Shown: positions 58,018-64,000 of the stretch, piece after piece
How the letters are laid out: every line of letters starts with the position of its first letter
Position numbering within the stretch: the first letter of the stretch is position 1
DNA from: an uncultured Methanosarcinaceae archaeon
GTDB lineage: Archaea; Halobacteriota; Methanosarcinia; Methanosarcinales; Methanosarcinaceae
Assembly: GCA_963727895.1 (NCBI GenBank)
Contig: CAVSHT010000011.1
Coordinates: 1-64,000 of the forward strand
Direction: 5' to 3'
DNA: 64,000 nt
Notes under the pieces: generated by a model
Told to the model about the DNA's origin: nothing
The model's input: only the letters and a program-made list of their open reading frames with translations
Databases searched by the model: none
Position numbers and translations under genes: made by a program

Positions 58018-60006
58018 ATGAAAACAGAAAAACAAAAATTAATAACTCTACTTTTTTTATTTATATTAATAGGACAGATACTCCCCTTTGTAGAAGCAGC
58101 TCCTGTAGGGACATCTGAATCTACAGTTGTAGCAGCTGCAAAGAGTTGGCTTGGAGTTAAATCTGTTCATGGTGGCAACGACAGATCTGGCATTGATTGT
58201 TCTCACTTAGTATATCAAATATATAAAGAAGCTGGGGCTAAAGATATAATTTTCCAGAAGGTCCCCAGTATGAACAAAAATGCAGATTATGTTAAGACGA
58301 TTTCCCCCACTCCTGGAGATGTAATTTTTTGGCAAAAGGACGTAACCCAAAACGATAAAACATATTGGCTTGCCGCTCATGTGGGAATATACATAGGAAA
58401 CAATCAGTTTATAGACACGTCTTTTGATACAAAAAATGTCGCTATAGAAAGTATTAGTGGAATCTATAAAGATGGAATGCCATACTATGCAAGATGGACC
58501 CCTGCTGGAAGTGCTAATACACCTACACAGACATCCGATGCAATTGACAATAATGATGAAAGTGCTAATTCATCTACACAGATATCTGATGTAACTGACA
58601 ATAATGATGCCAATACACCTGCACAGACACCCGATGTAACTGCTGATAATAACGGTTCAAACCTACCAGTAGCTTCATTCTCTGCAACTCCCAATTCCGG
58701 AAATGCACCATTGAAGGTATCATTTACTGATAGCAGTACCGATGAAACTTCCTGGTTTTGGAAATTTGGAGACGGAAATACCTCAAATGAAAGAAATCCA
58801 ACACATAATTACTCTGAGGCAGGAAACTATACCGTTGTCCTGACAGTAAATAATGGAAATAACGCGAACTCAACAACTCTAAATATAATTGTGCAGCAGG
58901 CTCAGGATCAGGAAACTATTATTCCAGTAACTGATTTTAATGCAAATACAACTAGCGGGTATGCTCCTCTTTCCGTACAATATACAGATATCTCACAAAA
59001 TGAAAATGGATGGAATTGGGACTTTGGAGATGGAAATAACTCAACAGAGCAGAATCCAGTTCATACTTACTCTACAACAGGAACTTATACCGTTACCTTA
59101 ACTGCAACAAATGAAAACGGTACTTCATCAACAAAAAATGCTACAATAATTGTCACACAGCAAGACAGTTCAGACAGTTCAGACAGTGATAGTAGCAGTA
59201 GCAGTAGCAGTAGCAGTAGCAGTAGCAGTAGCAGTAGCAGTAGCAGTAGCAGTAGCAGTAGTGGCAGCAGTAGCAGCAGTGGTGGCGGTGTAGGTGGTTC
59301 CCCTGAGCCTGCAAGTAATGTTCAGGTAAAAGAGATTTCGCAGACTTTTATCCCCAGTGATAAGGAAATAACTTTTAATTTTACACAGAACACAACTTGT
59401 GTTGAATCAATAATATTCAAATTATCAAAAACCGTTGGAAAGACTACTACAATAGTAGAGGAACTGAAAAATAAGTCGACTCTGGTTTCTAAATTACCAG
59501 AAGGTATTGTTTACAAATCATTCAATATATGGGTTGGAAACGGCGGTTATGGTAATTCAAATAATATTGAAAATTCATCGGTCAATTTTAAGGTCAATAC
59601 CTCATGGATACAAGAAAATAATATAAACAAATCATCTATTACACTTAATATATACGATAGTATGAAAAAAGAATGGATAAGGCTTCCAACAAATATAACA
59701 GGTGAAGATAACAAATTTTTGCATTTCACAGCAAATGTTCCTGGATATTCCTTCTTCGCAATAACATGTACAAACAGCGAACATAATGCAATAACTACGA
59801 AACTTCCTCAAACAACCACAAACAATACTGAAAATAGTAATAAAAGCAAAAGAATTAGTACAGATTCTGCTACAGAAAATAATACAAGCACTATTGCAAG
59901 TAAAATAGCTGAAGAAAACAAAAAGACTTCAGGATTTAGTGTAATTAGTGGCATTATCTGTTTACTCTGTACTTTTTGTATAAAACTAAGGAAAGATAAA
60001 AAGTGA
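58018..60006 (+). CDS. Cell-surface protein: NlpC/P60 peptidase, 2 PKD, PGF-pre-PGF, C-terminal anchor
   Basis: Signal peptide; AKSWLG..GG..SGIDCSHLV, PGDVIFW, HVGIYIGNNQFID; three ~17-aa linker repeats; PKD W.FGDG; GGSPEPASNV; TSGF-TM-basic tail. Confidence 0.87.
   Translation: MKTEKQKLITLLFLFILIGQILPFVEAAPVGTSESTVVAAAKSWLGVKSVHGGNDRSGIDCSHLVYQIYKEAGAKDIIFQKVPSMNKNADYVKTISPTPGDVIFWQKDVTQNDKTYWLAAHVGIYIGNNQFIDTSFDTKNVAIESISGIYKDGMPYYARWTPAGSANTPTQTSDAIDNNDESANSSTQISDVTDNNDANTPAQTPDVTADNNGSNLPVASFSATPNSGNAPLKVSFTDSSTDETSWFWKFGDGNTSNERNPTHNYSEAGNYTVVLTVNNGNNANSTTLNIIVQQAQDQETIIPVTDFNANTTSGYAPLSVQYTDISQNENGWNWDFGDGNNSTEQNPVHTYSTTGTYTVTLTATNENGTSSTKNATIIVTQQDSSDSSDSDSSSSSSSSSSSSSSSSSSSSSSSSGSSSSSGGGVGGSPEPASNVQVKEISQTFIPSDKEITFNFTQNTTCVESIIFKLSKTVGKTTTIVEELKNKSTLVSKLPEGIVYKSFNIWVGNGGYGNSNNIENSSVNFKVNTSWIQENNINKSSITLNIYDSMKKEWIRLPTNITGEDNKFLHFTANVPGYSFFAITCTNSEHNAITTKLPQTTTNNTENSNKSKRISTDSATENNTSTIASKIAEENKKTSGFSVISGIICLLCTFCIKLRKDKK
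59191..59256 (+). repeat. (AGTAGC)11 hexamer repeat encoding poly-Ser linker
   Basis: Read directly from the sequence. Confidence 0.95.
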
Positions 60007-60590
60007 AATTTATTTAAGGCATTGAGGGTTATGGATCTTGTCTGGAAATTAAATGGTTTTGGTCCATATTGTCAGATAGGGAACTACCCTCTTGCTTACG
60101 ATTTTATAACTGATATAACAATATTTATAAAAATAATTATTTTAATAGCTAAAATTACTATTTTCCTAAAAGCTTTTGAATTTATTATACTCATTATTCG
60201 CCCTATTTATTCTCGAAAATTCCTGGTAAAAGTTTCATTCTTAATTTGCTGTTTTCTGAAAATAATCAAAACTTACAACAGAGTAAGTTCTCAAGTTTTT
60301 CCAAGCGTATTCTGGAGAATCAACTTATGAATAAGGAAGTAATCATTTACTCGGCTTTGAATTTTTATCTCTGTTGGCTTTATCGACTGCTTCATCAAAT
60401 TTTTAAAGTTAAATACTAGAGTGAGGATACTCTGTATCACAAAACACTAAAGTTGATATAAAAGTCTACTTAAAAATAGAGATATATTTTTTTTTAATTT
60501 AATGGTTTTCTTTATATAGAAAAGCATTGAGTAATGTTACTTTTAGATTATATTTCATAAAATTAAAAAAATAACTTCCTGAGGATTGGA

Positions 60591-62177
60591 ATGATAAATA
60601 TGAAATGCGATGAAACACGAAAAATTTGTGCTCTCACTGGAGTTTTAGGAATAATGATCTTGGTGCTTTTTATGCTGTCAAATATTGCAGGAGCATCTCC
60701 ATTTGCATATATTACAAACCAAGGCGACAACACTGTCTCTGTAATTGATACTGCAACTAACACTGTTACAGCTACTATACCAGTAGGAAGTGGCCCCCTT
60801 GCAATTGCAGTATCTCCAAATGAGACAAAGCTATATGTCGCAAATGCTTACGGCACCGCCACGACATCTGTGATTGATACAGCAAGTAATACTGTTACAG
60901 ATACTATACCTATAGGAGGAACTTGGCCTTATGGAGTTGCAGTTTCTCCAGATGGAACAAAATTGTATATTGCAAAAACCGATAGTAATACTGTCTCTAT
61001 AATCGATATTGCAACAAACACTGTTACAGCTACAGTAAACGTAGATGGTAGTCCTAGAGGAATTGTAGTTTCTCCAGATGGAAAAAAGTTATACGTAACA
61101 AATTATGACAGTAACTGTGTTTCTGTAATCGATACTGCAACAGACACTGTTACAGCCACAGTGAATGTAGGAAATTATCCCTGTGGAATTGCAGTCAGTC
61201 CAGATGGAAAAAAGGTATATGTAACTAATGCCTTCGATGATGACACTGTATATGTCATTGATACAGCGACTAACAGTGTTACAGCTACTGTACCTGTAGG
61301 GTATAGACCCCTTGGAGTTGCAGTCAGTCCAGATGGAAAAGAGGTATACGTAGCTAACAACGGCAACAATACAATCTCAATAATTGACGCAGAAACTAAT
61401 ACTGTTACAGCTACAGTAAACGTAGGATATGCACCTGAAGGAGTTGCAGTTACTCCAGATGATTCAAAAGTATATGTGGCGAATTACGGAAGCAATAATG
61501 TCTCTGTAATCGACACAGTTACAAATAATGTCTCATCCTTGAATGTGGGAAATCGTCCTATTGCCATTGGAAAATTTATAGGGTCACTCTCAGTACAACC
61601 AGTGCTTCCTATTGCAAATTTCAGTACTAATCTAACCAGCGATTATGCTTCCCTAACTGTACAGTTTACAGATACCTCTCAAAATGCAACTTCATGGAAC
61701 TGGGACTTTGGAGATGGAACAAACTCAACTGAACAGAATCCTGTTCATGCTTACTCTACAACAGGAAACTATACGGTTAATCTGACAGTATCCAATGCAA
61801 ACGGTACAAGCTCAACATCAAGTACAATTAATGTTTCAACAAAACCTGTACTTCCTGTTGCTGACTTCAGTGCTAATATAACTAGTGGCTATGCACCTAT
61901 GACAGTTTCATATACTGATACAAGCACGGGAACGCCTAATTCATGGAAATGGAATTTTGGAGATGGATCTCCTCTGGTAACTAAGTATAATCCAACGTAC
62001 ACATATTCAAAAGCTGGCACTTATACAGTAAAAGAAACCGTGAGTAATGCAGCTGGCAAGGATACGGAGATAAATACAAATTATATAACTGTTACTGCTC
62101 CTCTGCAAACTCCAGTTGCTATTATCAGTATCCACAACTCTAGGAAAAGCTCCACTGAAAGTACAGTTCAACTGTAA
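60591..62177 (+). CDS. YVTN beta-propeller plus PKD surface protein, C-terminally truncated
   Basis: Signal peptide; seven ~42-aa YV(T/A)N..VSVIDTAT repeats; two PKD; start of a third PKD (GKAPLKVQF) is out of frame. Confidence 0.88.
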   Translation: MINMKCDETRKICALTGVLGIMILVLFMLSNIAGASPFAYITNQGDNTVSVIDTATNTVTATIPVGSGPLAIAVSPNETKLYVANAYGTATTSVIDTASNTVTDTIPIGGTWPYGVAVSPDGTKLYIAKTDSNTVSIIDIATNTVTATVNVDGSPRGIVVSPDGKKLYVTNYDSNCVSVIDTATDTVTATVNVGNYPCGIAVSPDGKKVYVTNAFDDDTVYVIDTATNSVTATVPVGYRPLGVAVSPDGKEVYVANNGNNTISIIDAETNTVTATVNVGYAPEGVAVTPDDSKVYVANYGSNNVSVIDTVTNNVSSLNVGNRPIAIGKFIGSLSVQPVLPIANFSTNLTSDYASLTVQFTDTSQNATSWNWDFGDGTNSTEQNPVHAYSTTGNYTVNLTVSNANGTSSTSSTINVSTKPVLPVADFSANITSGYAPMTVSYTDTSTGTPNSWKWNFGDGSPLVTKYNPTYTYSKAGTYTVKETVSNAAGKDTEINTNYITVTAPLQTPVAIISIHNSRKSSTESTVQL

Positions 62178-62563
62178 AAATTCAGTATGTAGTAATATTG
62201 GGAATAAATAATTATAGAAGTGAAAAAAATGATTTCAAAAAAATCAATAATTATCTACGAGAAAATAATTCAAAAGATTAAGTTTTAAAGGTTTTAAGAG
62301 GATTGGGGGATTTATTTATAAACCACTCTATGAATCAATTTATATAACTGTTCAATGTACAAAATAGAGCTATTGATAACGGATCAATTTAGCTGATCTG
62401 TGAAAATATCAATGGACAAAAAGGAGAAGTAAATTTCCGCAGTTGATGCCATAATCTCAAACATATCTATTATTTGAATTTCATACAAATGTTTATAATT
62501 TTTTGATTTTAGACTCAAATTTGTTCAAAATATGTTCTGAGTAAAAATCAGGAGAGACATTTC

Positions 62564-64000
62564 ATGAAAAATTCAAAAACTATCATGGTAATATGTATCC
62601 TCATTCTTTTTTTTCTTGTGTTAAGTAGCTCTACCGCTTTGGCGGCGAATATCGTAATTGACAAGCAAGCTGGATCAGATGGATCAAACGTTTTTCACAC
62701 GCCCAATTATGCAAATGATGCAGCTTGCATTCAAGTGGCACTAGATCAATCAAAAAGTGGAGATACGATTACTATACGCAAAGGAGATTATTATATCACA
62801 AAAGGAATTTCTCAAAAAAATAAAAATCTGAATCTAATAGGCGAAGGGAAAGTAACTCTTCACATTAAGACTTCTAGTAAAGAAATTAACGATATTTATT
62901 TTGGCGGTTCACTAATCACAAGCAAAATCCTCTCTACTAATGTTAAAAAAGACTCTTCTAAAGTGATTTTAACTGATGCTTTTAAAGTCCGCAAAAATGA
63001 CTTGATTAAAATTTGGAAAAATATTCAGTGGTGTCCTTTAAATTATCCTGATAATTACCCCAATCAAATGACAGGGGAAATATATGCTGTTAAAAGTGTA
63101 GATGGAAATGTCGTTACCTTAAATCAACCAATTCTTAGGAACTACAACTTATCTGAGACTGTAAAGGTTGAAGTGTATAGGCCTGTTGAAATAAATATAA
63201 AGAATATAAGGCTAGAGGATACAGGCGCGACGATGTTACATCATGGACTGGCTATGCAATATTGTAAAGACAGCTCAGCCACTAACTCCTGGTTCAATAA
63301 TAACGGATTTGGTGCTATTTGTTTATATTCCTGTTTTAATGTAAGTGTTAATAATAATAAAATTTACAATTCGGTTCGTCCCAATTGTGGATACGGTGTC
63401 GACGTAAGTAGCGGTTCAGCTTTTGTAAATATTGAAAATAATCACATAGAAAATTGCAGGCATGCTATAACAGGTAATTCAGCTGAACTTAAATCTCTAA
63501 ATCGAGATGTCTTTATCGCTTATAACACCTTGATCGGCGCTAAGATCACTGGTTCCAATGTTGTTGATGCTCACGTAGATACCATTAATTTTGTTGTAAC
63601 TAAAAATAAGATCTACCCACAAATAGCAGCTGATACCCCCAAGTATTATGCATCTGCAAATTATCGGCGCATACAAGAACTTCCATACTATTTTGCATTT
63701 GCAGATGGGACACAACAATCCACTTTTTCTAACAATTATGTTTATGGAGGATTTGGAGGTATATTTAAACGTGGAACCTTAAATGGTGGAGTACACATTT
63801 ACGAAAATAATACATTTACTGACATATCAAGTAATATGTATGAGGGAGGAAATGGAACAGATAATACACTTATTATAAGAAATAATACTCAAAACAGTGG
63901 AATGCATGGAATTATTTTCCCATTCCATGGAAGTTTCAAGAATATATTAATAAGTGGAAACACTTTTAGCAATCTCTCATATCAAGGAATGTATCAGAAG
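62564..64000 (+). CDS. Secreted right-handed beta-helix (pectin-lyase-like) protein, partial
   Basis: GGAG RBS, signal peptide MKNSKTIMVICILILFFLVLSSSTALA, IQVALD..SGDTITIRKGDY cap, Asn-rich NN.I repeats; no stop seen before the window end. Confidence 0.8.
   Translation, partial: MKNSKTIMVICILILFFLVLSSSTALAANIVIDKQAGSDGSNVFHTPNYANDAACIQVALDQSKSGDTITIRKGDYYITKGISQKNKNLNLIGEGKVTLHIKTSSKEINDIYFGGSLITSKILSTNVKKDSSKVILTDAFKVRKNDLIKIWKNIQWCPLNYPDNYPNQMTGEIYAVKSVDGNVVTLNQPILRNYNLSETVKVEVYRPVEINIKNIRLEDTGATMLHHGLAMQYCKDSSATNSWFNNNGFGAICLYSCFNVSVNNNKIYNSVRPNCGYGVDVSSGSAFVNIENNHIENCRHAITGNSAELKSLNRDVFIAYNTLIGAKITGSNVVDAHVDTINFVVTKNKIYPQIAADTPKYYASANYRRIQELPYYFAFADGTQQSTFSNNYVYGGFGGIFKRGTLNGGVHIYENNTFTDISSNMYEGGNGTDNTLIIRNNTQNSGMHGIIFPFHGSFKNILISGNTFSNLSYQGMYQK

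Overview
An AT-rich chromosomal window from a Methanosarcina-type methanogen, judged from the PGF-pre-PGF/PKD/YVTN surface proteins, archaeal TATA promoters and nifI1/I2-type PII genes. Its core is a vanadium-nitrogenase operon on the minus strand (vnfH-I1-I2-D-G-K-[ZIP]-E-N-NifX-like). The operon sits in a ~21 kb island with two metal-chelate binding lipoproteins, a FecCD-type permease and ATPase, a clostridial-style split homocitrate synthase, an aconitase-family small subunit and a divergent radical SAM/binding-protein fusion. Six copies of a ModE-like palindrome (GTTATG-N10-CATAAC) lie in the island's two divergent promoter regions. Also present: a GT4/GH130/mannose-isomerase glycan cluster, tRNA-Leu(TAA) followed by a MITE, two defective IS1-family copies (one splits a surface-protein gene) plus an IS remnant, a decayed ~5 kb block (six-HTH repeat protein, TPR protein, metallophosphoesterase), a candidate ~250-nt structured RNA with covarying repeated hairpins, and a surface-anchored NlpC/P60 peptidase. 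Many single-base frameshifts are probably sequencing errors. All calls come from motif recognition by eye; no searches were run.
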